Shown in pieces: positions 13,103 through 25,463 of a DNA stretch of 64,000 nucleotides. The notes beneath the pieces are model-generated. The model saw only the letters and a list, made by a program, of their open reading frames with translations. It did not search any database and was not told where the DNA came from. The DNA is from Pseudovirgaria hyperparasitica (lineage: Eukaryota): NCBI GenBank assembly GCA_010093815.1, contig ML996577.1, one strand, 5' to 3'. Position numbers and translations under genes: made by a program. How positions within the stretch are numbered: position 1 is the first letter of the stretch; the number at the start of each line of letters is the position of its first letter.

Positions 13103-14360
13103 ACTCCTACCGCACATAATTAGTCCTCAGCATGATTTAACAGGTTACTCTCTCGACTTGGTAAAGTCAGTACTTGAGCTTCTCTTGGTCAGGTAGACTC
13201 TGAGCCAGGTCTCCTTTTATATCATTGTAATGAGCATGGTGCGTGGTAGTTTAAGATGGCATCCTCTCCCGTAGGTCCAGGAAAGATTATATCTGGTAGC
13301 GGTTTCTAGCACATTCACGGCAGGCCTCTGCTCTGTATTGCATATAATTGCAACAAATCATTGAGTCGATCGCCTCATGCGTGCTTCCGTGTGATATCGG
13401 TGTCTTGAACTTCAAACAGCGCGGGCTGGTCTCGCTGGAGATCTTTCCCTCAACGTCTCGAAGTTGGAATGGTCACAAAAGAGCCACGAACATCATCTCC
13501 TTTCCGTTCTGCCCGTTTATCATGATGACTTTTCAGGTGTTTTGAAATCGAACATGGCTCGTCTTTTACTTTCTCCGGCCGTGTTGCATCGTGAGGAATA
13601 TCGCACTCGGACTCCAGACTTGATATCCCATGTCATGATTCTGGCTTAAGATGATCGTTCCGTGGGCTTCCTCACGCATGTCACTCACTTGCGGAATAAC
13701 TTTCCGAGTACGCTTGTTTCAGTAATGTTCATGGGTCCCTCAAGCACTGATCTTGAGTAAACAAGCAATCAAAAAACTCCGACATCTCAAAAGTCTTCAG
13801 ATACTCACAGACGCGTGTACCACTATGTAGATATATTCCCATTTAGCCGTCTTGCTCACTGGAAGTAGACTACGGTAGATAGCTGGAAATGAATAGAAGT
13901 GAGAGACTCCAGACTTCTCATTAGGATTAATTATGTATGTATGTATGCAGACGATCCAGTTGGGATAAAGTGGTATATATAAGGCATTTCGGTTCTAGAG
14001 CGAAGAGAAGAATGGACAAAACTGCTGCGTATCATTTTGCTGAACCTATTATTATATACTCGGCATTACCAAGCCCCTGCTGTTTATGCCTACTTGCTTT
14101 TATGACACGCCGGTGATTCCCATTTCAATTGGAAAACCACTAGAGTGCAAAGGGAGGAAAAACCCCAAGGGTGAAAACTTTGAAGCTCCGTTTCTATTCG
14201 TATGCTGATGACTCGATGCGAGATATGAAAAAGAAAATGCTGACGAGTAAAAAAGTCCTAGGCTTCATGAACGAAGACGCCGAAACATACAGGCTATTAT
14301 GCAGACCCTATTGAGTTCGAAAAATCAAGCTATGCGTGTCGAGGCAGGCTCAAGGAAAGC

Positions 14361-17300
14361 TTAACTGCGCCCATTGATGACATTGCTGAGCCACGAATCC
14401 TGAGTAACATTCTGGAGTCCTTTATTATTACCATCTCTCGATCGCGTCGACATACCGGGGTTTTCTACCGCTTCGTCGTCCCGTGGGTGATCAAGCACAG
14501 TGTGCTTGTTCCGTGTCTGTTTTTCCTTTCTCTGCGTGGATCGGAATGCCTCGTCAACGGGCATTGTTGCGCTCTGTGTTTTGGCCTTTTTGGGGAGCCT
14601 GGGCTCAAGGTCGCCAGCCGAGGGAATAGCAGCAGTGTCGTTCGACTTCTGCTTCCTTGGTTTCTTGGCGTTTAGGGGAATTGAAGCTATGCAGCTAAGG
14701 CCCAGAGTCGCAGAAGCAACCTCGTTTATTGTTCGTTTCCTGGTCGTATCCTTCGTTGAGGCGAGGCGCTTTCCACCACTAGTCTGATCGCGAGCTGTAT
14801 TTTTTATTGCTTCTGTTCGCAACTCACGCAAATAATCAGAGTTCATCCTAGAACCCTGACTTGATGGCTTAGTGGCGTCACTTGTAAACTTCTTGCTTTT
14901 CGTCCGTACGCCTTGCTGCTGTGTGATTCTGGGAGAATTTTGTATTGGGAGTGTCACATGTAGTCTATGGTCGTCGACTCTTGAAGAGGTCGTTTGCTCT
15001 GGCTGTGGATGAAGTCTGGAACCATGACCGCCATCTCCTGATGATGATTTTGCTACACCATTCGTCTTTGAACGTCCTTCCGGAGGTGCACAACCGAAAC
15101 TAAGTGTGGGAACGTTATCTGATCCGTTGAGTGTAGGTCCCTCATTCCGCGTAGATATAACATCTTTCGTTAGAGGAGCCACTCTGCGTACTATTGGAAC
15201 ACTTCCGGGTCCATTCGCAACATTAGCTGGTTTAGGAACAGACTTCTTCGATCGTTCTTGGACCTTCGTTGCTGGTAGTGACTTGACAGCTGACACAGCC
15301 TGCTGTTGGTCACCAGAACTAGTCTCAGTATTTGTGACGTTGACTTTAAGCTCCTCGAGAGTTCGGCTAGAATCCTTCTTTTGTCCTGCTCCATTTGCTG
15401 TGCATGTGGGTCGACTCTCATCATTAGTATCCAACTCTGCATTGGCATCATCAGAGTCCCATACTACAATCGGTCGACCTGTAGCACTTGCGAGCTGATT
15501 TTTCGGTGAGACCACGAGAGGAGTACTGTGTGAACCATCCGCCGACAATCTTTGACTTTCACGAAAGCCCTTGGCTGTAGTGCTTTGAGATACTCCCCAA
15601 TTTCCGCGTGAACTGAAAGTACCATTTTGATTCACCTCCTGATCCTTGTGAGAATGCGTGGCTGGTCCTTTGGATGCCGCGCTCTGCTTCTTGTGAGAAG
15701 CTTCAGGTGTACTACTTGAGAGCGCCTCTTGGCTTTCGAGAGTCGTCAGAACATGGCCTCTGGCCTTGCAGATGTCACAATAGTCTGTGATCGAACCACC
15801 AGAGTAGCGGTCACTTACGCATGGAATGACTCTGCACTTGGCACAGAGACTACGACTCCCCTGAGCACAGCATAGGTTACAATAACGATCACTTTTCCGT
15901 TGCTTCGGATCGTGATCATTTTGTGGTCGCTTCTCTTTGCAAGCACCACAGGTCTCCCAATAACCGCTATTCGGAGCAGCTGGACCCATGTTGAGGGAAG
16001 CAGGATCAGAAATGATAATACTATCTGATGATCTGAACGTACGCGCGGCGTCTGAACCTACATGACCTGCATACACACGCTCAGTAACACCTTTTTGACA
16101 GACGCTAGAGTCGAGCAATCCATGTGGTGGATTGCTCGACGTGCGCATTGCGCGTGAACGAATCGAAGGAGCGCATCTCACTGTAGACGAATCTGTAGAT
16201 TCAGTTGTGGCCGCGTCGACTTGGACCTGTGTCTCTTCATCACGTGCAGCATCTTGCATAGCCTTGATACGGGCCAGACAAAGCCGGAGTGTATCTGCAG
16301 AGATTACTCTACGGCGCCCGTAGTCACGAAGCGTCGAAATGAGTTCTGACATGAGACCCCTTCGTAGAAAACGTGGTCCTTCCTGTACAACGAGTCGATA
16401 GATTGCACCCTTAAAGTAGTAACCAGCACATAGACGTTCCAAGCGCATATGTTCTCGGTGGATATCCAGAAACTCTGCTTCTTTCGCTCCGATTTTGTCG
16501 TCGTGCTTATAGGAAGCGTCCTGCCAGTCAAGACAAGTCACTTCTGTATCGTCCTCGCTATCACTGATAGTTTCACCTGCGGATAGTGGTCTTTTGTTGT
16601 TGCCCATGTAGTAAACTCGACCTGGAGGGGGTGTCGGGACTCGAAATCCTGACTTCTTCGTGCGCCTGTTATCCCTCGAATCGGACTCGGTAGACACACT
16701 TGCACCCGAGCCAGCATTATTAACGGATCTTGAAGCCAATTGTTTCAGTGATATCGCGTCCTTGGAGTTTGATGTAGCAGCGCTGTTTGACACAGCAGTA
16801 ATGTCTTCTCCGGTCTGGGGTCTCACGAAGGAATTTGGTCGTGGCGTCGTAGTCTTCTCTAAGCTGGATGTAATAGAGGTTTTCGACCTGGAGCGTATTG
16901 TCTGTTCTGGGGTGAGACTGACGACAACCTTCGATACTGCATCTACACTAAAGCCAGGGGCTGTTGGCGTGGATCTCACATCCTTTTTCGAGGCAGCAGT
17001 ATTTGGCATGGAGTTCAAATTCTGCCTGAGTAAATCCATTCTTCGGCCTGAGATCGTGACTATAGTGGAATGAGCAACTTCAGGTGCTGGATGTACATTC
17101 GGAGCAGCGACTCTGTGAATGGGTGAAGCAATCCTTGGTACTATATGTGAATCCTCTTTTGAAGTGGCGGTTTTTGTTGAGATAGTATCTTTTTGGAGGA
17201 TAGATGTCTGTGGCAGTGGAACTGCGTCACTTTGTGGGGATACGAATGTTCGTACTGTGTCTGTTCTTTCTCCAATAGCGGTGACTTCATGGACCATAGA

Positions 17301-18620
17301 TCCCTGTGTCTCGGACTGCGCGCCACTCGCTTCAAGTGAATGGGATGCACGAATAGATTTAGATGCCGACGCAGTTGGACAAGTCAAAGGGGTCGGCTGC
17401 CTGGGCGGATTTGGGGTACGTTTAGGGTCCACTGACATCTCAAATTGAGCATTGACCCATGGTCCATTGCCGTCAAGAAGGTCTTGGAGCTTTAAGGGTC
17501 CTTCAGGTCGCAGAAATACCGATTGTGTGTTCTTTGTGAACATGACTCTTCCTTTTTTCAAATGTCTGAGTCGATTTCTGCGGAACGTCACGTATAGCTT
17601 ATCCCCAGCCTCGCCTCCCGCGATATCAAAAAAGGCGACATCAGGATGGAACTGTAGCAGGTGCAACACGAGCCGATCGCTGTTGGCGAACATCCTGTGG
17701 CAGAAATAGCATATAGGGTTGTCCAGGCATACTTCAGACTCCGGAACTCCGCGTGTTATGTATGAGACCTCACATGCGAGTGATGAGTGTGCTGGTTTCA
17801 GACGACGGTTCTGCCACTTGACATTGAGGTCTAACTTCAAGGCTAGTGAATAGGTCTTACCTATGTGGTGATGACCATCGACATCAAGTGGTTTCGAGCA
17901 GTGATTCGCCAGCTTGTCAGGACGACAATACAGACTCCTTGATGTACATGCGAAGGTCCGATCATAGCCCGGCTTTGCCTGGCCGTCGTCGAAGAGACAA
18001 GTACTAGCGATGCGGTAAAACTTCTGTTCTTCCTGGGAATTAGACAATGTGACCTTAACCATGAAAGTAACAGCGTCGATTGGGCCAACGCCCCATCTGT
18101 CTTCACCACCCCATGAACTCTTCAAGATTTCAGAACATTGTGTAGTTCGAGTGAGAAAAGTCTGCCCAGGAATAACAAATGGTTCTGCGTCAAAAGCCAG
18201 ATCTATCTGACTTTGGTTCCACTGCCTGACCGTAATTGTACTCGTGACACTTTGCGCATATATTGGCGTCTTTTCCTTTCTCGGACTTCTGGCATACATT
18301 CGGAGAGTTAGAGTACACCAGTGAAAGGTGTAAACGACTGGGAGCTGCCTCTGCGAGAGATGGTTGAGAGCAGGGTCGGAATTACGAAGACCAGTGACGT
18401 TCAATACTAGCCGATGATCAGGCATACGCAATGAAGAGAGAAGGGGCCCCAGAGCTGGCGACCCATGGTCCCAAGCACGCTGCAAATGACTTTTTGAGTA
18501 CGTTTGAAAGTTTAGTAGACCTGCATTCTCTTCGGAGTCGAACACTTTGTCCAGATTACGCAGCAAAAGGGGAGGCCGGCTCGCAGCTGGATCGAACGTA
18601 TGATTCCCGGTGGAATTCAT
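14361..18620 (-). CDS. Divergent SUZ12-like protein (C2H2 zinc finger + VEFS-box-like region + Cys-rich cluster)
   Basis: 4.3-kb uninterrupted ORF; N-terminal RPPLLLRNL, C2H2 finger CYFC..HLLQFH (~17646-17711), KRPLSAGETISDSEDD...KEAEFLDIHREH resembling a VEFS box; first ATG at 18620. Confidence 0.6.
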   Translation of the reverse strand: MNSTGNHTFDPAASRPPLLLRNLDKVFDSEENAGLLNFQTYSKSHLQRAWDHGSPALGPLLSSLRMPDHRLVLNVTGLRNSDPALNHLSQRQLPVVYTFHWCTLTLRMYARSPRKEKTPIYAQSVTSTITVRQWNQSQIDLAFDAEPFVIPGQTFLTRTTQCSEILKSSWGGEDRWGVGPIDAVTFMVKVTLSNSQEEQKFYRIASTCLFDDGQAKPGYDRTFACTSRSLYCRPDKLANHCSKPLDVDGHHHIGKTYSLALKLDLNVKWQNRRLKPAHSSLACEVSYITRGVPESEVCLDNPICYFCHRMFANSDRLVLHLLQFHPDVAFFDIAGGEAGDKLYVTFRRNRLRHLKKGRVMFTKNTQSVFLRPEGPLKLQDLLDGNGPWVNAQFEMSVDPKRTPNPPRQPTPLTCPTASASKSIRASHSLEASGAQSETQGSMVHEVTAIGERTDTVRTFVSPQSDAVPLPQTSILQKDTISTKTATSKEDSHIVPRIASPIHRVAAPNVHPAPEVAHSTIVTISGRRMDLLRQNLNSMPNTAASKKDVRSTPTAPGFSVDAVSKVVVSLTPEQTIRSRSKTSITSSLEKTTTPRPNSFVRPQTGEDITAVSNSAATSNSKDAISLKQLASRSVNNAGSGASVSTESDSRDNRRTKKSGFRVPTPPPGRVYYMGNNKRPLSAGETISDSEDDTEVTCLDWQDASYKHDDKIGAKEAEFLDIHREHMRLERLCAGYYFKGAIYRLVVQEGPRFLRRGLMSELISTLRDYGRRRVISADTLRLCLARIKAMQDAARDEETQVQVDAATTESTDSSTVRCAPSIRSRAMRTSSNPPHGLLDSSVCQKGVTERVYAGHVGSDAARTFRSSDSIIISDPASLNMGPAAPNSGYWETCGACKEKRPQNDHDPKQRKSDRYCNLCCAQGSRSLCAKCRVIPCVSDRYSGGSITDYCDICKARGHVLTTLESQEALSSSTPEASHKKQSAASKGPATHSHKDQEVNQNGTFSSRGNWGVSQSTTAKGFRESQRLSADGSHSTPLVVSPKNQLASATGRPIVVWDSDDANAELDTNDESRPTCTANGAGQKKDSSRTLEELKVNVTNTETSSGDQQQAVSAVKSLPATKVQERSKKSVPKPANVANGPGSVPIVRRVAPLTKDVISTRNEGPTLNGSDNVPTLSFGCAPPEGRSKTNGVAKSSSGDGGHGSRLHPQPEQTTSSRVDDHRLHVTLPIQNSPRITQQQGVRTKSKKFTSDATKPSSQGSRMNSDYLRELRTEAIKNTARDQTSGGKRLASTKDTTRKRTINEVASATLGLSCIASIPLNAKKPRKQKSNDTAAIPSAGDLEPRLPKKAKTQSATMPVDEAFRSTQRKEKQTRNKHTVLDHPRDDEAVENPGMSTRSRDGNNKGLQNVTQDSWLSNVINGRS

Positions 18621-20325
18621 TGAGGATACGTTCGAACAAAAAAAGCCAGCTTGCTGGAAAGTTGTTAGCAGGCTTGATGTATAGAAATCAGGAGTAAAAT
18701 CATAATTTTGTAGTGATTTGAGACAAGGAGATGAAATCAAGTTTGGTAGTTGGCTTGGTGACAGAGAAAAGGAATGAGAGTTGAAGAAAGACTCGGAAGA
18801 CCAATTTGATAGAAATATTTGCAGGTTAGATTATAGTGCTCGTAACCTACCTAGGCATTGACCAGTACTGAACGCGCTGAATATGTATGAAACAAACATG
18901 ACAGTCGCGACTCGCGACGCGCACTAGACTGCAAAGAGGGAGGTAAATCACCTAGGCTGGCCGACTGTATTATGAGCCATTTGTTGCTCTAGTACTGTCT
19001 TCTATATCGCAAGGGACCGTGGTATCGACAATTACATTACACGTGGTGCTGAGCATACACTTATATTGCAAGCAGGAGAGAAGAGTAATGGGTGAAATTG
19101 ATACCTTGACGACGACTAATTAGGTCTAGCTGAGCGGCTTCAGCCGGAGTTCCGAAGTCCGCCCGTACGGCCATTTCATCAAGTATCTTCGAAGACGAAC
19201 TAGAAAAGTAGCGTCGAGTTCGCAGTCTTATTCTGATTCCTAATATATACTGCGGAATTACAACATGAAGCCAATATCTAGTCTTGTGATTGCTAATACA
19301 TAAGATTTATCGGTGCTCGGTGGTGCTGGATGATGAAAAATCTTCTGAGAGTGTGCGGGTCATAGCTATAATCAAGGACGAAATTTATCCATAGCTCGGA
19401 GCGCTCGCATCTTACGGAAAGGGTTCGATGTGCGAAGGGAGACAAATGACAATGGTAGTGTTATATACATTTAGCTCGAGGCAGGCAAAGCGCAAGCTTC
19501 GGAATCAATGGTACTCTACATGCCTGATCTTTAGGTACACAGTACACTGTTATTAAACTATAGTGGTTCTGACCCCGAGCTGTCACAACCGCCGCCTTCC
19601 GGCTTGGTTCCTACACATAACTACCAAGTGTTAGCACACAGTCTAGCATACAAAGGTATGTTCGAACAATTTGTACCATGGTAATCATGTAACATTGCCA
19701 TGCTTCTTCAGATCTCGAGATCTAACGACGTTACTAGCCACTTGCCTCTTCATCATTTAGCGAGCCAACCAGAGCACGACCCGATGCACGTCGGCGACAT
19801 GGCCGCATCACTCGGCGAAAAACGACTCGCAAAGAGCGGTTGAAGCAACCTTGCTTTATGTATCGGTCTTCAATGACCCAGAGAAGACATTTTGCCCCTT
19901 CGAGTAGGGTCCTGACCAATCAAGAGACAGTGTCGAAACGAGGTCGACAGGGGGCGTGGTAAAATGACCATGGACACCTTACAGAAAACTACTTGACCTT
20001 ACCAAACCCATACCACAGCAAGACTAAAGCCATCTGACAGAGTCTCCAACGTTGAAACTTTGTAGTAGAACCGCGTACATAGCCTCTTCCAACAATACCA
20101 TGCAAATGCAGAGGTAGGTTGGTAAAATACCCATTGCGTATGGTGCTTACCGAGGTATGGGATCCAGGCCACTTTTACTCTTGCGTAGTTGGCTAGAATT
20201 TCGATCTGCAGTATTTGGCGACCGCCGCTTGATTCCGCATAGGGGGCATTCGTATGGCTGAAGGATGTCTATGCGTCGTCCACGTCGCAGCTCTACGGTA
20301 GGCTCCAACCGATATTGAAAGTATT

Positions 20326-21526
20326 TCACTTTTTGATTATGAAAAGACTGGGCTTCATATTGATCTTGCATAGTCTTGCAACACATCCTGACAACTGGAG
20401 GAATGTCTGCACGCCTTCGAGGATCCGCATGTGTGTGAAGCCGATCTCTTTGATAAACTCGAGTTTGGCGTGCTCCGAGAGAGATGGAATTGTCTTGGTA
20501 ACTCTGAACATGGTGCTGATAATATCGTGGGTCGAGTATCCGAGGTCCCTGCGATGATTCAGATATTGTTAAAGTTGTCAATGATATGGAGAGGCTCACC
20601 ATAGCTCCTTCAAGATATCCATTGCCTCGTCAATTTTGGTTTCATGGCAGCACTTGATCATGGCTTGGACCTTGATTGGATGCGGGCTATCGACAACTTT
20701 GAAGACATTGTCACCATTGACAAACCCAAAACCAGCGAATGTACTCTGCAAATTGTTGATGGCCTGTCGCATGTCTCCTTCAGCACTGAAAACTAGTGCT
20801 GCGATGCCATCGTCGGAGAACTCGACCTTCTCTGCTGTACATATTTGGTTGATTCTGCGGACTACCTGAGCGTCGGTGAGGCGTGCATAGCGGAGGATGG
20901 CGCAACGTGATTGAAGAGGCTCGATGATCTTGTTCGACTGGTTGCAGGCAAATGCGAAGCGAGTAGTCGAGGAGTAGATTTCCATGGTACGGCGCAGAGC
21001 TTGCTGCGCACCGGATGTCATACTAATCGTTTCGTTAGCTCTGTGGGATTGACAGGTACTGTGATTGTGAATACCTGTCTGCCTCGTCCAAAATGACGAT
21101 CTTTTGTCTACCAGCCGGGAGTGTGACCTTCTTCTGGGCAAAACCTTTGATACGATTTCTTACTACATCAATACCACGCTCGTCACTGGCGTTCAACTCT
21201 AGGACCGCCTCTTTGTACGCATCGCCCAGTAATTGTCTTGCCAGGCACAAAATAGACGTGGTTTTGCCAATGCCAGGCATGCCAGAGATGATGACATGTG
21301 GCATATTTCCATCCTTCGCAATGATCTTCAGGCGTTCAATTGTCTCCGTGTTGCCCACAATGTCATCGAGGTAAACGGGACGGTATTTTTCGACCCTGTA
21401 AAAGTCAGCGGGAACGCATTTATGGGAGAAGCCGAATACATACCAAGGCAGCTCGTAGTTGCTTCCGCCGGCATTCGGGTTGGCTTTAATACCATGAACG
21501 GTCTTTGAGGATTCGCCTTGAGCCAT
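20326..21526 (-). CDS. RFC4: Replication factor C small subunit (yeast Rfc4 / human RFC2), 4 exons
   Basis: LPWVEKYRP, Walker [47 protein letters not shown]. Confidence 0.95.
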
Positions 21527-21580
21527 TGTTGTGGTAGTTGAACGTCTTGTGTGATTTGCTGAAGGCTGAAAAGGAAAATG

Positions 21581-21640
21581 TTGACGCGATATCGCGAGCG
21601 CGCGATTGAGTGGCTGCCTGAGGCAGACACTCTACGCGTA
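21581..21640. promoter_or_regulatory. MCB-like elements upstream of RFC4
   Basis: GACGCGATATCGCGAGCGCGCGA plus ACGCGT at 21634-21639. Confidence 0.5.
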
Positions 21641-23169
21641 GATTCAAATAGGAAAGGCGAGAGATTAGCGTACCTAATTAATTATCTTGGTAATTGCCCG
21701 GACCCCCGCCGGTCTCCGCGGCCATGACTACCTGCTATCAACCGCATGTCCACTATCTGGCGAACCCACAATCAAGTCGCATCCCTAACAGGTCATATTA
21801 TATCAAGAAATACGTTTTCGTTAATATCATCAACATTCTACAAAATCTACCAGAAACTACTCCGAATAATACGATAATCTTAGGCGAATAGCAGCAAACT
21901 GGCACCAGTTACTCAGCGCATAATCCAAGGCATTATCTTGAAGACTGTTCGTACGTGCTCCATTAAGAGGAGAGCTACGGCGTAGCTCCAGACTCATTTC
22001 CGGCAGCCGACCCCCAAGACCTCAAGTTTCAAGCTTGGCACCTGAAGCGGGAGCACTGTGGCAGGTGAGTTTGAAGAAGCACTGTATACAGGGATGGCTA
22101 TGTATCGTGTCATCGTCACTTGTAGGGTGTTGTAGGACGGAAACGATTACAGTCACGAGTAGGCAAACGACGCGTAAGCAAGACTGATGATGATGGGTAA
22201 GAGAAAAGTCCTACAATGGGGCGTTGTAGGACTGTTATTGAGCATCGGGTAATGGAATCATTCTTGCGTAACCATTACTGTAGTTGACTTGGACTAATGT
22301 TGGCGGCATGAAGAGACGAGGTTTGCTGATGCTAATCAAGGCTTCTGGAAAGTGAGTGTGAGATCTGGAGTGGCCTGTGTGGAGATCTTGTGAACCGGGG
22401 TTCATTACGGACCGACTCGGGACACAGGCTCCAGGGCCGTGTCAGTCAGTATCAAGCAAGCATCTTGGTACGCAGCATTCCGCGGGGCGAGGCGAACAGA
22501 TTTGATATGAAACCGACGAAAGGGTAAACATAGACCTCATATAAAGGCAAACTAAATTATTATACATAGAACAAACGTATCACACGGTCACACCCATCCA
22601 GCTGAAATGTAAAAAACAAAGAGGCAAAGCAGAGTGAGTATACTAGGTAATTAGGCTGCGTCATGACTTGATTAATCTTGTGTGGAGATCTAGTGTGGAG
22701 GTCGGGGCGGCGTGACAAGTAATACGCATTACATGACCATGGATACCTACATAATCGTTCATCTCTAGGCGCTCGGTCACGGCTAGCGGCTCATCAAACT
22801 CCATCCCCCGGCGAGTGCTCAGGGCAGATGGCGCATCTGGCCGCGTCACCCCTGGGTCCTTTCCGGCGGCGCGCCAGCTCCCTTGTCCCTTTCCTTCCAT
22901 GGGCGGCGGGAGGCTTCAATGCTTCTCGCCGCCACTCACTCTTCCACATTCACTTCTTACTCACTTATTTGATGTCAGACTTCTTCACTTCGACATATAC
23001 TTGCCTGTCCTTGTCTTTCCTTTACTCTCTCTTTTCCTGCTCTTTGTTTCTCTCAATATCTTGTATAGCATCCTAGGTGCAATCCTGCTCGGCATCAACT
23101 CGGTCTCACGGTCCTCCTCTCCCCCCTGACTCCCTGCCGAATCCCTGACCTGGTTGAACTTTGTTCAAT

Positions 23170-24727
23170 ATGCGATACTACTACGCTGCGTCCCTCGCTG
23201 CGGCTCTTGCTCCTCTGTCCGATGCATTGCATCTCGTTCGACGCGATGTAAGCCTACTTCCCCCTCATTGATTCAGCACATCAGTCGGCTATACAGTCGG
23301 TGAGCACTACGTTCACGTTCACGTTTACGTTCCGCCACCCCTTGCTTCCCAAGCCGTAATAACTGAACTGACCATACCGAAAGGTGCCTGCTGTTCTACA
23401 TCTAGAAACACAGCGTCGTACCGACATCGATTTTATAGCCCACGACCGTCTGCGGCGGGGACTCGGAAAGCGGGACGGCAAAACCCTACAGGCAGACCTC
23501 GATAACCTACAAACACTATACTTCGCGAACGCCACTTTGGGTACGCCTGAACAATCGTTCCGATTTCACATCGATACAGGTAGCAGTGACCTGTGGGTCA
23601 ATGCCGCCAATTCATCCTTCTGTGAAGACTCCAACAACGGCTGCAGTGATTCTGGCACCTACAGTCCCGACGACTCCTCGTCCTATGAATTCGTAAACGA
23701 TGACTTCAACATCTCATACGTAGATGGCTCCGGCGCTACCGGAGACTATGCTAAGGAAACTTTTAAATTCGGTGGCGCAACAGTCGATGGCCTTCAATTT
23801 GGTATTGGGTATACTTCTTCGTCTCCTGAAGGCATACTCGGTATCGGCTATACCACGAATGAGGTGCAGGTGCAACGTGTCCAAGGTGGACAGCCGTATC
23901 CCAATCTGCCACAAGCTCTGGTTGACAATGGAATGATCAATTCGAACGCTTACAGCCTGTGGCTCAACGATCTAGACGCCAGCATGGGCTCTATCCTGTT
24001 TGGAGGTGTCGACACAAGGAAGTACAACGGCGAGTTGCAGACTCTGCCTGTAATTGCTGAGAGCAATGGTAAGTACGCAGAGTTCATCATTGCCTTGACT
24101 GGAATGGGTCAAAACGGTCAAAACGGCTCCATCTTCTCCGATCAAACGGTACCCGTTCTACTGGACTCCGGCAGTACCTTAATGTACCTCCCCGATGAGG
24201 TTGCTGACGCTCTATTCACCTCGATGAATGCTCAATACAACTCTCGAGCAGGCGTTGCTTCAATCGACTGCAGCGCCGCCGATAGTACCGACACCCTAGA
24301 TTTCACCTTTAGTGGCCCCACCATCAGTGTGCCCATGAATGAACTGGTCATTGTGGCAAGTGTCAGTCGCCGTGGTGTAGAGAGTTGCATCCTGGGCATT
24401 GCACCGTCTGGGGGCTCTACTGCAGTGCTAGGAGACACGTTCCTTCGCTCTGCCTACGTTGTATACGATCTTCAGGGCAACACCATTTCCCTTGCTCAGA
24501 CCGCCTTCAACTCAACCGAATCCAATGTCCTCGAAATCAACAGTTCTGGTGACATTCCTAATGCAACTGGTGTACCTGGCGCTATCGCTACCGCCGATGT
24601 TACCGGCGGAGGTGCTCGCAACGGTGGTGCTGGTAGTACCAACAGTCAAGGTGCTGGACCTCGAGCTACTGCTATGCCATGGGCCGGTGCTGCAGCTGTA
24701 GGTGTCGGTCTTTTGGCCGTATTGTAA
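23170..24727 (+). CDS. Secreted, probably GPI-anchored aspartic protease (OpsB/yapsin-like), 2 exons
   Basis: Signal peptide MRYYYAASLAAALAPLSDA; intron 23248-23383; catalytic DTGSSDLW and LDSGST; LGDTFLRSAYVVYDL; hydrophobic C-terminus. Confidence 0.9.
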
Positions 24728-25463
24728 ACAAGTGATGAAAATCGATTTTTTCAGCCAAACTTTATGGATGCATTTACAGGCGTTTGGTATCTCGCTAGAC
24801 ACTCGTTTCAAGCGTAGCATTTGTTTGGGTATATACATTCTCTGCATAGGAATTTTGGTTATTTCGCGGCACACCGCACCGCCAGTACATATTACATAGA
24901 ACATGAGTCACAGCCTCAGTATTTTTCGTATATCACACATCAAATTCTTTTATTCATGATCTTCGCCGTCGAAAGGAGCGGCACATACAACTACATACCT
25001 GAGGCACGAAAATCACATTAACACTCCGTGATCTACTTACCTCCTCGAAAATCACAGTTTGGATCTACGGATTATATCCTCGTAATTTGTGCTACACCAG
25101 TCCAAGCCAGGAGAACTTTTGGAGATGAATGGAGTGAATCGGAGACATTCTTTACAGGAAAATTGATGCAGAGGTATATGAACTGAAATGAACGAAGAAC
25201 CCAGGATCGAGAGATAGGCCGGTAATTTATGTTGACCCGTAGATGAATGAATGGATCCATGGATCACGCACGGGCCGACCTCTACTTGACCTTCATCCCA
25301 CCTCTCTTCTGTGTCCGAATTTTCGATATCACCGCAACAGATTGAGCGATTGGCGCTTGCCACCAACTCAACGCACCCATCAATGCGCTCGCGCTGACCT
25401 CTGTACCCCTCAAGAGCATCAAGAGCATCAAGGAGTACTCAGCCTCGCGTACGTGCCTTCAAC

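Noticed and set aside
19130..19480. Possible degraded coding relic between the SUZ12-like gene and RFC4
   Set aside because: Several stops and no recognisable family; cannot be supported without a search.
19710..19723. Perfect 14-bp palindrome AGATCTCGAGATCT
   Set aside because: A few palindromes of this size are expected by chance in 64 kb.
21972..21988. Palindrome GAGCTACG-G-CGTAGCTC
   Set aside because: 8-bp arms, single occurrence, within chance expectation.
23309..23332. (GTTCAC)n repeat
   Set aside because: Short simple repeat inside the protease intron with no evidence of function.
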